Below are positions 9,167 to 20,400 of a stretch of DNA of 64,000 nt, one piece after another. The translations under genes were made by a program, and so were the position numbers. Position 1 is the stretch's first letter. Every line of letters starts with the position of its first letter. Source of the stretch: a virus (lineage: Duplodnaviria; Heunggongvirae; Uroviricota; Caudoviricetes); IMG/VR virus record IMGVR_UViG_3300026097_000001, one strand, 5' to 3'. Below the pieces are notes generated by a model. It worked only from the letters and a program-made list of their open reading frames with translations, had not been told where the DNA came from and did no database searches.

Positions 9167-12100
9167 ATGCCAATTAATACAGATCTTAATGTTGATCCAT
9201 ACTTTGATGATTACGACCTAGAGAAACAATTCTATAAGGTTCTCTTTAAGCCGTCGTTTCCGGTGCAAGCAAGAGAACTTACTCAGCTGCAGACTGTTCT
9301 ACAGAATCAGGTAGAGCAGTTCGGAGATAACATCTTTAAAGAAGGTTCTATCGTTAAGGGCTGTAACTTTACAGAACTTGATGATATTAATTTCGTTAAG
9401 CTAACCGATCGTGCCGGGTTTAATATCTCGGACTACGTCGGGTTTGAAGACACAGTTACCGTATCAGGTGAAGAGTATAACAGGGACAATACTTATGAGC
9501 TGCGCGGCGTTGTATCCGGTGTAAGAGCTTCAGTTGTTGCGGCCGCGGCTGGTTTTGAAACAAGAAACCCAGACCTAAACACATTCTTTATTAACTACAC
9601 GACTACATCAGGTACAACCAAAGAATTTCAAACCGGTGAACTCTTAGAAATTTATAAAATAAGTACAGTCGAAGTAGGCGCCGGTGTAAATACAACCGAG
9701 ACTCTAGTCGACTCTATCAACGTTACTTCCTTTTCGAACGCAACAGGATCCTCTTTTGGTCTACGCTCTGCGCCAGGTATTACTTATCAGCGCGGTCATT
9801 TCCTATACGCCGAAGAACAGCTGATAATCATCTCTAAATACACCAATATTCCGGATGATGTTTCAATAGGATATGCAGTTGAAGAACAGATTATAAATTC
9901 ATTCGACGATCAAACTCTACTCGACAATGCCAATGGGTCTTTTAACCAAAATGCTCCTGGGGCAGACCGTCTCAAACTAATTCCAGTACTTACATCCCTT
10001 CCAACTGAAGAAGCTGATAATAACGCAGACTTTTTCTCGTTAGTTAGGTATTCGAACGGTAATGCCGTTGTGCTCAGGAACGTTTCTCAGTACAACGTTC
10101 TTGGCGATGAGATGGCTCGCCGAACATTTGAAGAGTCTGGCGACTATGTCGTAAGAGGATTTAAACCAAAGATAGTTAGAAAAGATGGTGTTCTTACGGC
10201 CTCAATATCGGCCGGTCTTGCATACATCAAAGGCTATCGCATTGAGACCGCCGCTGAAATCTTTGAACCGATTGAAGAGATTGCAAACACTTCAGTAGAC
10301 GAAAGAGTAAACCAGCCGATCTCGTTCGAGTACGGGTCTTACGTTTCTGTTCCTACGGCAAACACGTCCGGCACGGTTACACTTGGAACCTTTGATACTG
10401 TATCGTTGAAAGACGGTAGTGGAAACGCAGCCGGTACTGCAAGAGTTCGTAACATAACAGATGATAAGATATTCTTATTTGACATTCGTACTTCAAGTGG
10501 ACAAACGTTCGCAGACGTAGAAGAAATTAGTGGGACTGGTGGATCCATAACGATCCCACCGGGATCGGTCATTCAAGAAGCAAGTAAATCGTCTATGGTG
10601 TTTGACACCGGAATGGTAAGTTTAAGTTCAGTTGATAATGCTTCAATTCCAGTAAGAGCTCAAAAATCTTTGTCTGGATTAACGAGTACTACAGTTCTCA
10701 TATCGCCAGATCCTGGTGAAGACTTTATTGTAAACAACGACGATGTTCTTTTCGTTGATGCAACGAACACGCAGATAGACATTCTAAATAATTCTATCGC
10801 AGGAAGCACTCTTAACTTAACTTTGGCACAGCTTCCTTCTGCGACAGCTACGGTTTATTATAACAAGAGAATCACAAACGCGTCTCCGTTTACAAAAGAC
10901 ACAGCGACTCTCTATGTAAAATGCGATTTTGATAATCCACCAATCACATCAGCAAATTCCAAGTACAATCTAGGTTTCCCTGACGTATATGAAATTGTTT
11001 CTATTACTGATATTAGTGGTAATGACGTTACGGATAGCTTTAGACTCAGAACTAACCAAAGAGATAACTACTACGATCATTCTTATATCGAGTTTATTCC
11101 TGGGCGCACTGTTCCTGACGCAGGTGAAATGACCGTTGAAATGAAAGCCTTCAAACTTAATGACACGACGGGTAATTACTACTTTAATATAAACAGCTAC
11201 CCAACTAGTGTGGCTACGAACAAACTGCAGCCTTACACTTCATCTTCTGGTGTTACTTATAACCTCAGGGATAGTTTAGATTTTAGACCATATGTTGAAC
11301 CATTATCGCCAGCAGATTATACGAATGCGGCCTCTGTAGGTACGGCCCCATCAGTAAGCGATTCCACGACCGGTGTAAACGTATCACCTACTTTCTCAAG
11401 TTCATATGAGATACTTACTCCGGCATATAACCAATCCGGCCAAATTGATTACGAATACTTCTTTGGAAGAAAGGACTCTGTTGTATTGGATTCTTTCTCG
11501 AGAATTTCTATCATCAAAGGAATCGAGTCAGAGAACCCATTCCCACAGACAACGCCGAGTGACCAATTAAAAATCGCCGAGATCTTTATTCCAGGAAGAC
11601 CTGCTCTTTCTCCAGCTGAAGCATATGCGCAAAACAGAATAGAATATTCCGCAACGATCCAACAAAAAGGCACTCGCGGATACACTATGAAGTCTATCGA
11701 AAACATAGAACAAAAGGTAGATGCACTTCAGTACTACGTTCTATTGAGTACTCTTGAGGCCGATACTAAAAACTTAAATATCGTTGACGAAAATGGTTTA
11801 AGTAGATTTAAGAACGGCATTATCGTTGATCCGTTTAATGACTTAAGCATCGCAAATCTAGAAAATGCTGAGTATAATGCCGCGATAGACTTTACAGAAA
11901 AATCTCTTATGCCTGCTGTAAAGTCGTTCCCAATTAATCTAAAGTTAAAAACCTTTTCGAGTGCCAGTGTATTCCCGGATGCTACGAATCCAATCACAGG
12001 TTCTTTGCAGAGAGACTCTGACGTTGAGATTATATCGCAACCATATGCAACAGGATTTAGAAACTGCGTAAGTAACTTTTATAACTATGTAGGAACTGGC

Positions 12101-14548
12101 GGTCTTTCTCCAGAGTACGATGCGTTGTATGACACGGTTACAAACCCTGTTAACATAGACATAGACCTGACTACTCCGTTTACTCAGTTAGTAGATGCAA
12201 TTCAGGAATTTGTTCCGTTAACATCTACAACAACAGAGAACCTAGGAACTACAAGGACCGGTACTCGAAGAACCGGCACAACTACGACTACTAGGTTCAG
12301 AGACACAACGACTGCGGTTCAATTATCCGGTGAAAATGTAAACGAGCAAAAGGTTGGCGACTTTGTTACTAACTTTAACTTTAATCCTTACATGAGATCG
12401 AGAGAAGTAAAGGTGTTTATGTCGGGTCTAAGACCTAACACTCAACACTACTTCTTCTTTGACGAACAGGACGTTAACCAACATATTTACCCTGCAAACG
12501 GAGATCCTAACGACGTAGATAACGCAGTGCTGTTTGCTCGCGCAGGAAACCTCGGGGACGCGGTAACTTCAGACTCAGACGGTGTTGTAAGAGCTATATT
12601 TAAAATACCAGAGAGTACTTTCTTTGTTGGTGATAGGAAACTAGAGATCGTTGATGTTGATGTATATTCTTCAATAGCTGCATCAAAAACATCATATGGT
12701 TCATTGGTATATCGTGCGTATAACTTTTCGGTAGAAAAATCTTCGCTGTCAGTATCAACACGAGCACCAGAAAACTTTACTACTACATCAACTTCCGAAA
12801 GATCTGTTACTCGCCGCCAAGCGCCAAGACGCGATGAAGGTGGTGAGGGCGGAGGCGGCGGAGATCCTCTATCGCAAACGTTCTTCATTAAGAACGGTAT
12901 GGGAGCTGGTTCTGAAACGGTATTCATATCTAAGTTGGACATCTTCTTTAAGAGAAAGAGCACTACGAACGGTGTACTCGTAGACATTAGAGAAGTAATC
13001 AACGGTTACCCTTCATATGTATCCGTTCCTTTATCAAAAGTACACCTGAGGGCAAGCGAAGTGCAGGTCTCGGACGATGCATCGGCGGCTACGACTATAA
13101 CATTCAAATCTCCAATTCGTTTGGATGCAGAAAAAGAATATGCATTCGTAGTTAAACCAGATGCAAACGATCCAGAATATCTTTTGTTTACTTCAAAGGT
13201 AGGAGGGTCGGATCTTACTCCGGGCGCAACGCAAGGTCTTACAATCGTACAAGACTGGGGCGACGGTGTTCTGTTTACATCTACGAACAACAGAGCGTGG
13301 AAATCTTACCAAGATGAAGACGTTAAGTTTAAGTTATATCGACACAACTTTGGATCATCGGCCGGTACAATTACGTTTACGAATGACGACAACGAATTCT
13401 TTACTACCGCAAATAACGTAGGCCGCTTTGAAGTCGGAGAGTTCGTATACACCGAACAGCCTCTCATTGGCTCAACCGCGAGTTCTGTGAGCGTTACGGC
13501 TGGAAGTAATGTTATTACTGGCACTGCACTGTCGAGCACATATGCAGCCGGTGATTATATTCTATTGGACGATGGTTCTACGAATAAGCAAATATTTAAA
13601 GTTGTGAGTTCAACTACTTCAACAATTACTGCTGATAGAAATGCGTTCTTTAGTGCTACGGTCGACTCTACTCCAATCACGGTTGGTACTATATCTCATT
13701 ATGACTTTAGGTACCCAACATTCATGGTTCTTGAACAATCATCAGCAAACGCAGATAGAAAGTTTGAGGCCGGTGATACGATCATTGGTTTTGATAGTGA
13801 AGCAACTGCTGCGATCGATTCGGTTGATAATAAAAACGTTAGTTACATACAACCTATGATTATGAGAACGAACGATATGGTAACGAGTACTACTCTTTCC
13901 GGTACATTTGTAAATTCTGTTTCTGGTGCTACTTATAACCAGGGCGTTGCGTTTAATGATAAGACATTATTTGCAAAGAATGGTATATCTATATATAGTA
14001 GATCAAACGATGTCAATGGAGTTCGTGGCCTCGATCTAACGGTATCGTTAGCAAATGGAAATAACCCAACGTCTTCGCCGATAGTTGACATCGAAACAGC
14101 AGCGCTTCTTGCAAGCGAGTGGCAGATTACAGATGATAGTAACACAACTTCAAAATATATTTCAAGAACGGTTGAACTCTCAGAAAACCTTGATGCTGAA
14201 GACTTTACGTTGTATACGACGGCATACCGCCCAATTGGCACTGATGTAAAGGTCTTTATTAAACCTCAGTCAGCAAACGACCCAAGCGTATTTGATACAA
14301 ACGATTGGATAGAGCTTGAAGTCACAGAAGGCGCAAATCTTTATTCTTCAATCAGTAACGTAAATGATTTTAAAGAATACGTATACAGTGTTAAAGAAAC
14401 AGACAAATCACTTGGAGTATTAACGTATACAAATGCTATATCTACGTTTGAAGGATATCGCAGGTTTGCAGTTAAGATAGAATTGCATTCTGAAAATATA
14501 TTTAAAGCACCTAGACTATTAGATTACAGAGGAATTTCATTGACATGA
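9167..14548 (+). CDS. Large baseplate/tail structural protein, VrlC/DUF4815-like
   Basis: 1793 aa; N-terminal DPYFDDYD..K.FYKVLF.P..PVQARELTQLQ, APGADRLK, RFKNGIIVDPF, DPLSQTF; position after gp8 as in marine T4-like phages. Confidence 0.85.
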   Translation: MPINTDLNVDPYFDDYDLEKQFYKVLFKPSFPVQARELTQLQTVLQNQVEQFGDNIFKEGSIVKGCNFTELDDINFVKLTDRAGFNISDYVGFEDTVTVSGEEYNRDNTYELRGVVSGVRASVVAAAAGFETRNPDLNTFFINYTTTSGTTKEFQTGELLEIYKISTVEVGAGVNTTETLVDSINVTSFSNATGSSFGLRSAPGITYQRGHFLYAEEQLIIISKYTNIPDDVSIGYAVEEQIINSFDDQTLLDNANGSFNQNAPGADRLKLIPVLTSLPTEEADNNADFFSLVRYSNGNAVVLRNVSQYNVLGDEMARRTFEESGDYVVRGFKPKIVRKDGVLTASISAGLAYIKGYRIETAAEIFEPIEEIANTSVDERVNQPISFEYGSYVSVPTANTSGTVTLGTFDTVSLKDGSGNAAGTARVRNITDDKIFLFDIRTSSGQTFADVEEISGTGGSITIPPGSVIQEASKSSMVFDTGMVSLSSVDNASIPVRAQKSLSGLTSTTVLISPDPGEDFIVNNDDVLFVDATNTQIDILNNSIAGSTLNLTLAQLPSATATVYYNKRITNASPFTKDTATLYVKCDFDNPPITSANSKYNLGFPDVYEIVSITDISGNDVTDSFRLRTNQRDNYYDHSYIEFIPGRTVPDAGEMTVEMKAFKLNDTTGNYYFNINSYPTSVATNKLQPYTSSSGVTYNLRDSLDFRPYVEPLSPADYTNAASVGTAPSVSDSTTGVNVSPTFSSSYEILTPAYNQSGQIDYEYFFGRKDSVVLDSFSRISIIKGIESENPFPQTTPSDQLKIAEIFIPGRPALSPAEAYAQNRIEYSATIQQKGTRGYTMKSIENIEQKVDALQYYVLLSTLEADTKNLNIVDENGLSRFKNGIIVDPFNDLSIANLENAEYNAAIDFTEKSLMPAVKSFPINLKLKTFSSASVFPDATNPITGSLQRDSDVEIISQPYATGFRNCVSNFYNYVGTGGLSPEYDALYDTVTNPVNIDIDLTTPFTQLVDAIQEFVPLTSTTTENLGTTRTGTRRTGTTTTTRFRDTTTAVQLSGENVNEQKVGDFVTNFNFNPYMRSREVKVFMSGLRPNTQHYFFFDEQDVNQHIYPANGDPNDVDNAVLFARAGNLGDAVTSDSDGVVRAIFKIPESTFFVGDRKLEIVDVDVYSSIAASKTSYGSLVYRAYNFSVEKSSLSVSTRAPENFTTTSTSERSVTRRQAPRRDEGGEGGGGGDPLSQTFFIKNGMGAGSETVFISKLDIFFKRKSTTNGVLVDIREVINGYPSYVSVPLSKVHLRASEVQVSDDASAATTITFKSPIRLDAEKEYAFVVKPDANDPEYLLFTSKVGGSDLTPGATQGLTIVQDWGDGVLFTSTNNRAWKSYQDEDVKFKLYRHNFGSSAGTITFTNDDNEFFTTANNVGRFEVGEFVYTEQPLIGSTASSVSVTAGSNVITGTALSSTYAAGDYILLDDGSTNKQIFKVVSSTTSTITADRNAFFSATVDSTPITVGTISHYDFRYPTFMVLEQSSANADRKFEAGDTIIGFDSEATAAIDSVDNKNVSYIQPMIMRTNDMVTSTTLSGTFVNSVSGATYNQGVAFNDKTLFAKNGISIYSRSNDVNGVRGLDLTVSLANGNNPTSSPIVDIETAALLASEWQITDDSNTTSKYISRTVELSENLDAEDFTLYTTAYRPIGTDVKVFIKPQSANDPSVFDTNDWIELEVTEGANLYSSISNVNDFKEYVYSVKETDKSLGVLTYTNAISTFEGYRRFAVKIELHSENIFKAPRLLDYRGISLT

Positions 14549-14721
14549 TAAGAGACCAAAAATCTAAAGCTTTGATTAGTAACGATGTTGCTGCTCTTAA
14601 TAAATATAAGTTAGAACGAGATCGTATTCGGAAGATTGAAAATCTTTCAAAAGAAGTAAGAGAGATTAAAAAAGTTCTTACATCTGTCTGTGAAAGACTT
14701 GACAGGATAGAAAGCATTTAA
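14545..14721 (+). CDS. Small coiled-coil protein, 58 aa (not in the ORF track)
   Basis: An ATGA overlap with the upstream stop opens MIRDQKSKALISNDVAALNKYK...ERLDRIESI. It fills the gap to the next gene. Confidence 0.7.
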   Translation: MIRDQKSKALISNDVAALNKYKLERDRIRKIENLSKEVREIKKVLTSVCERLDRIESI

Positions 14722-14724
14722 GAA

Positions 14725-15957
14725 ATGGCAAAACCAAATATAACCCAAGTTACAACTACTCAGACTTTTCAGTCTTGGTTGGATAAAACTAACGATATTG
14801 TAGATCTGCTAAAATCAGATGTTATGACAGCATCGGCTCTAGGTGACTCGACGACTGGTAATGCCACTCTAGTTGGTAACTTCACGGCGAATAACCTTAT
14901 CGCAGAAGTTTCTCTTCAGACAAACACTATATCTCCTCGAGCGGGTTTCACCGAAGTATCACACACGTCGCCAATTAGAATCACTTCGTCTGGAACGATT
15001 GCGCAGACGATCGTTAGCCCAGTTGGACCGAGGATGAGATACTCATCCGGGACGGTAAGCTGGAGAACAGGATTTCAGGATACCGCCGATAACAACTTTA
15101 TAATTGATACTGGCACCGGCCAAAGTAAATTGGAACTTACACCGACAGGAGACTTGACGATCGCCGGCAAGTTTATTCCTACTGGTGGAATTGAGCTTCC
15201 TTCCGGCACTTCAATTACTGGTAACCTGATTGGTGATGTAACCGGCGATCTTACTGGCGATGTGACCGGCGACGTGACTGGCGACGTAACCGGCGATCTT
15301 ACAGGTGATGTAACCGGCAATCTTACTGGTAATGTTACAGGGGATTTAACCGGTGATATCTATTCAGACAATGGGGTCCTGGTATTTCAAAACGGTGCAG
15401 ATGGAACTGACGCGTTTTTAACCGGACACATATCAAGCATTTCAAACTTCGATACTTCAGATCTTACCGAGGATCCTAATGCTACGACTAACAGTGGCAC
15501 CATGTATTTTACAGATCAGCGCGCAATTGATGCGATCAACAATGCGCCGCAAGGATCTATAACAAGCATAGTCGGAATAAAAGCATTTGTTGCATTTGAT
15601 GGAACAACCGGTAGTACAATATCAACGGCCGGCCTAACAATAACAAAAGTTGGATCCGGTAATTATGCGGTAACGTTTGATTCTGGTTATGCGCCATCTG
15701 ACGCAAACTATGCAGTTGTGCTAGGTAACGTTGATGATGGCAGAACAGAATCTGCACTTACAAGTGCCAATCGAGGCAACATCGGCGAAGCCCTTCAAAA
15801 TTACAACACATTTATAGAATCAAGAACTTCCGCTGGATTTACAATACGTGCCGTAAAAGCATTAACTAACATTGCAAACTACGGCGATGACAACTCAGTA
15901 GGATTTGGTATTACTGCCGTTGATCCTGAATATATTACAGCTTCCGTACTTTTCTAA
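14725..15957 (+). CDS. Putative tail fibre/baseplate-attached fibre protein
   Basis: N-terminal TF.SW.DKTN motif, central G(D/N)(V/L)T tetrapeptide repeats and a beta-rich C-terminal domain; structural context. Confidence 0.65.
   Translation: MAKPNITQVTTTQTFQSWLDKTNDIVDLLKSDVMTASALGDSTTGNATLVGNFTANNLIAEVSLQTNTISPRAGFTEVSHTSPIRITSSGTIAQTIVSPVGPRMRYSSGTVSWRTGFQDTADNNFIIDTGTGQSKLELTPTGDLTIAGKFIPTGGIELPSGTSITGNLIGDVTGDLTGDVTGDVTGDVTGDLTGDVTGNLTGNVTGDLTGDIYSDNGVLVFQNGADGTDAFLTGHISSISNFDTSDLTEDPNATTNSGTMYFTDQRAIDAINNAPQGSITSIVGIKAFVAFDGTTGSTISTAGLTITKVGSGNYAVTFDSGYAPSDANYAVVLGNVDDGRTESALTSANRGNIGEALQNYNTFIESRTSAGFTIRAVKALTNIANYGDDNSVGFGITAVDPEYITASVLF
15217..15357 (+). repeat. In-frame 12-bp tandem repeat encoding about 11 G(D/N)(V/L)T units
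   Basis: GNLIGDVTGDLTGDVTGDVTGDVTGDLTGDVTGNLTGNVTGDLTGDI in the translation. Confidence 0.85.
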
Positions 15958-15967
15958 GGAAATCACA

Positions 15968-16474
15968 ATGAAGAAAACAATATTTTTTAACAATCCTGTT
16001 GGAACTGAAAAGCTGCAATTTATTGTGTCTGATCTTAGCGTTGAAGCATTAAAAGATAACGGCATAATACCAAAAAAATCAGCGGCCTTATCAATGCCAT
16101 TTATTGACAAAAGCTCGTCGATTGAAAAGGTAGCTCTAGTTTCCTTTCCAGATCGCTGTGTATTTGATGATTATAAAAATCCAACAGAAGTTATGCTTGA
16201 CATTGATTTAATAAACAGTTTTGTTATGTCTGAAATAAAAACAGCAAGGTTAGAATGTCTATCTTTACTTGACACTTATCAAATGAGAGCCATAGCTAAA
16301 AATGATCAAGACGTGATTGCTCGGATCGAGTCAGATAAACAAAAATTAAGAGATATCCCAGACACAATTGATTTTGAGAATGTAACTGATTTTAGATCAG
16401 CATGTAAAGCAATACCATTCGCAGATCTAGTTCCAGAACCTTACGTTTCAAAATACGAGGACGCTTTAAAATGA
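15968..16474 (+). CDS. Hypothetical protein, possible fibre assembly chaperone
   Basis: ATG at 15968 follows AAGGA, so the track start at 15905 is probably too early. C-terminal KQKLRDIP resembles tail-fibre chaperone motifs; it follows a fibre gene. Confidence 0.5.
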   Translation: MKKTIFFNNPVGTEKLQFIVSDLSVEALKDNGIIPKKSAALSMPFIDKSSSIEKVALVSFPDRCVFDDYKNPTEVMLDIDLINSFVMSEIKTARLECLSLLDTYQMRAIAKNDQDVIARIESDKQKLRDIPDTIDFENVTDFRSACKAIPFADLVPEPYVSKYEDALK

Positions 16475-17004
16475 ATATACGATTTAATATTCAAAAAGAT
16501 ATTAAATTAAAAATTGAAAATCATATACAAAAACACCGCAAAGATATTCTTATAAACTCGCGATTAGTTGGAACAAAAAGAGTAGAAAACTGGAAAGAGC
16601 ACTTAACAAAAGACAAGATTGGCGCAAAAAACGTTCCGGTGAGTGAAATTAAAAATATGATTAATTTTAATAACCTCGGCGTTTCTCAGAGAATGAATCA
16701 TTTAATCCAAGAGTTGTTTCCAGAAAATAAAGTAGTTTCAACAGGTTACTTTCATTACCCTCCAACTGGTTACATGGGATGGCACACAAACAGTAATGCA
16801 CCCTGTAGCCGTTTATATCTAACATGGGCAGACGAAGGTGGTAAATCTTTTTTTAGATATTTAAAGGATGGTAAAGAGGTTACTGACTACGATGAAGCAG
16901 GTCTTACTGCTCGGCTGTTTGAAGTTACTGGCGAAGAACCTTTATTCTGGCACTGCGTCGGGAGCGAAACGGATAGATTGAGTTTTGGTTATGCAATACA
17001 ATGA
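16471..17004 (+). CDS. 2OG-Fe(II) oxygenase-like/cupin-fold protein
   Basis: YP..GYMGWHTN...FWHCV....RLS gives an H-x-N...H...R arrangement. Confidence 0.55.
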   Translation: MNIRFNIQKDIKLKIENHIQKHRKDILINSRLVGTKRVENWKEHLTKDKIGAKNVPVSEIKNMINFNNLGVSQRMNHLIQELFPENKVVSTGYFHYPPTGYMGWHTNSNAPCSRLYLTWADEGGKSFFRYLKDGKEVTDYDEAGLTARLFEVTGEEPLFWHCVGSETDRLSFGYAIQ

Positions 17005-17339
17005 AACACCATATAGTTGATGATTGGATTGATAAGGATAAACATTTCATAATAGAATGTAAAGATGTATATGATTGGATATCTTATAAAAGAATGAAGC
17101 CGGATTACATAAGTAATGAGAATATAAAATGCAATAACTTAGATCTTATAACGAATAGTGATGCAAGATATATAGTAGCGGATCTGAATCTACCGGGTAT
17201 CGTGGTTGAGTTGGAAAACCATTACAGAATGATTGACGGAAGACATAGGTTAAAGAAGTCGTTGGATCAAGGAAAGGACACGATACTTACTTACGTTTTG
17301 ACTGAAAAACAGGCTCTGAAGTTTATTAAGCCGGTTTGA
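17001..17339 (+). CDS. ParB/Srx-like N-terminal domain protein
   Basis: PGIVV...YRMIDGRHRLKK matches the ParB-like DG(R/H)HR motif. Confidence 0.6.
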   Translation: MKHHIVDDWIDKDKHFIIECKDVYDWISYKRMKPDYISNENIKCNNLDLITNSDARYIVADLNLPGIVVELENHYRMIDGRHRLKKSLDQGKDTILTYVLTEKQALKFIKPV

Positions 17340-17351
17340 CTTTAAATCGGA

Positions 17352-17426
17352 TATAAATAGAAGTAATAAATAAATTTGAGATTACCCATTAATGAATTCA
17401 AAACAGCATCACGCGTTTTATAAATA
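17352..17426 (+). promoter_or_regulatory. Two T4-type late promoters (17352-17359 and 17419-17426)
   Basis: Two exact TATAAATA upstream of the 1040-aa gene. Confidence 0.75.
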
Positions 17427-17448
17427 TAAGAAAAAAGGTTAATAGCGC

Positions 17449-20400
17449 ATGACAAAAATTACAGACCTGGATCCTATCTCTGGCGATAAGACCAAAGGCA
17501 GAGATCTTTTTGTCATGGTTAACCTAGACCAGGGCGAAGACGGCACTAAGAGTATTACGAGGGAAGAATTACTTAAGGCCCTCCAACAAGAAGCCTTTGA
17601 TGATATTAATGTCCAGGGTGGTGTTGTAGATAATACACCAATCAACGACCCAAATATATCAGTCAACACTCCAATGACAGACGACATTGAGGGGGATGAC
17701 TACTTCTATCTTAAGGACGTATCTTCAGGAACGACCGTTGCGTTTTCATATTCACAGCTCTATAGAGAGATCGGTAGATCTGCAGAAACCGCAAAGAAGG
17801 TATACGTAAGTGTTGACGGTAATGACGATAACGTCGGTAGTGACATTGCGCCGGTCGCAACTCTTGAGCGCGCTGTAACGATTGCCCAAGAAAAGGCAAA
17901 GATCGTAACACCAGGAGTTCTTGAGAGACAGACTGTTCATATCAGTGTTATGCCAGGAACGTATTACACGAACGGCGAATTGGCTCTTCCTGACTTCTGT
18001 TCTATGACTTCAATGTCCGGTCAGTATACAACAACTATCGTAATGAACGAGGGTTATGAAACTAAGAACTGTATCCTCCTAGGATCGGGCTGTTACGTCC
18101 AAGGTTTTTCGTTCTTTAACCTTAAGGTAGACAACTTTGATAATCCAACCGGCGGTTTTGCATTTGCATTTAGGCCTGGTGCTACGATCACAAGATCTCC
18201 ATACGTAAGAGACTCGAGTCAGATATCAAACTACTTCGAGAGACAGATCCCACCGCTGTTGAATCCACTTAACAGCCGCAACACAATCGATGACCTTGGA
18301 TTTGAACTAACGGTGTCGAGTGTTACAGGTACATTTGAGGTTGGCGACGCGATCGAAACGAGCGATGATGTAAACGGTTTCGTGTCGAGAGTCGATGAGA
18401 TTGGATCCGGTACGATCTACGTAAGAAACAACACTGGCGATTTCGCTGCAGCTACAACTATTACATCTTCATCCGGCGGTAGCGCAACAATCACTACCGT
18501 TGGCGAAGAAGACTTCCCAAATAAAGAGGTTGGTCGCGGTGGTGGTATGATCCTCGCGGATCGTGCTGTAGTCGATACGGACTCCATATTTCCTTATATA
18601 CTCTGCTTTGGCGCAACACCTCGTACACAGAACGGTATAGGTTACGTCGCAAAGAACGGTGCAGGTATTAACGGTATTTCTTCGTTGTCGATCTTTGCTC
18701 GCTGTTCCTTCTACGCGTTGGACGGCGGACAGATTACTCTTAACAACTCTGGTACGCAGTTCGGTGACATTTCGATGCGCGCAAAGGGTGTTACTTCAAT
18801 ATTCAACCCATCGGAAACATCAGCAACTCTAGTTGCCAACAGTACTCTTGCTGATACAATTATCGATGGCGCAAACACTGTTATTGACGATCTGTGGGAC
18901 CATCTGACGAACACTCTCGGGTACGAGGGGTACGACTCGATAAAGTGTAAGAGAGATACTGGATACATTCTTGACGGCGTTGGAAATGATCTTGTACTCG
19001 GTACTAACTACTGGGCAGTAACGAATGGTAATTCATATCGTAGAGCAACATCAACAGTTGTAATTGACGATCAATTAACCGAAACATCCGGTGCCATATC
19101 GTTCCTTAAGTCTTCTGTCAAGGATCTTTTGCAAAACTCGGCAAACGAAACGAGAACCGATGCTTCATTCGACGAGATTATCGATATCCTCGAAAATGGT
19201 TTAGGTAATGCCGATGCTCTTACTTTTACAAATACGGGTGTAGAAAATCACGCAAGAGCAAAGGATCTTTTGGTCGCAAACAAGTCTCTCATTCAAACAG
19301 ACCTAATAGCTTGGATCAATACGAACTACCCAGATCTTACGTATGACCAAAGTAAGTGTACTCGTGATACTGGTTATATTATTGATGCTTTGTCACACGA
19401 TCTTAACTACGATACAAATATTGCAACTATACTTAACGCAGAAGCATACTTTGTTGGAACATCGATCGACACTCTGCCTGCTGACCAAATTATTCCAACT
19501 GCGGCTGCTTATGAACAGCTAGGTACTATATGCTCTTCAATTATGTTAGGAACATATACAGGTCAAGATGATGCATCCGGTATCGCATCTCAAGTTGAAG
19601 CTGACCGATGTGTAGAACTTACGAGCGTCATAGAAAATACTATAAAGTATCAGTCACTTAAGTATCTCCCAGGCCCAATTGATCCGGACCTATCATGGGT
19701 TGATGCAAACTATGTAAACGGTAAAGAAGTAATCAACGCGAACAAAGCGGACCTTCAAAGAAAGACCGTTGGATTTGTAAACGCTGAGTACGACTTCATT
19801 GACGAGACTCTTACGCGTCGAGACTCTTTAAACTTCCTTCGTTCGATTACGAATGACTTTAGACGCGGTACGCAGACAGGAACGCGTATCTTTACTGCTG
19901 GCCTGTTTAACTATAAGGGGCAACACGTATTCTCAGTATTCAATCCGACTACAGTTGGGCTCAGATACCTAGGTAGCGTTGCCCAGGTCGGTGATCTACC
20001 TGCCGGATCAACTGTAGAAATAAATGATGCATATATTGTTTATTCAAGTGCTTCAAACCTATATGATGGTACAGTATACTATTGGGACGGATCTGCATGG
20101 ACATCAGACGGTGCGAACGATGTATCACTACTTACCGCGTTCACAAGTTCTTGGGATCGTATACGTACTAAGATTAAGAGCGAGTTTACTCTTACGTCTG
20201 GCGAAGAGGATATGCTTGACGGACTCATCGACGATGTACTCATAGCGAGCGTTCGAAGCCCAACCGTTATCAACTTCGGAAGCTTGGTCGAGAGTCTCTC
20301 TCATCAGTTTAACCTAGCAAGCGCTGGTGTTAACGTCAATGCTCTTCCTGTAAACTTTAGAAGATTGGGCCAACCGGTATCAGCGGCGGCATCGGTTCTT

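Noticed and set aside
9167-14548. VrlC-like protein as a virulence factor
   Set aside because: The name is historical. In T4-like phages this family is a routine structural protein at this position.
15217-15357. GDVT/GDLT repeat as a third collagen
   Set aside because: The period is four residues, not Gly-X-Y; it fits a beta-type fibre shaft better.
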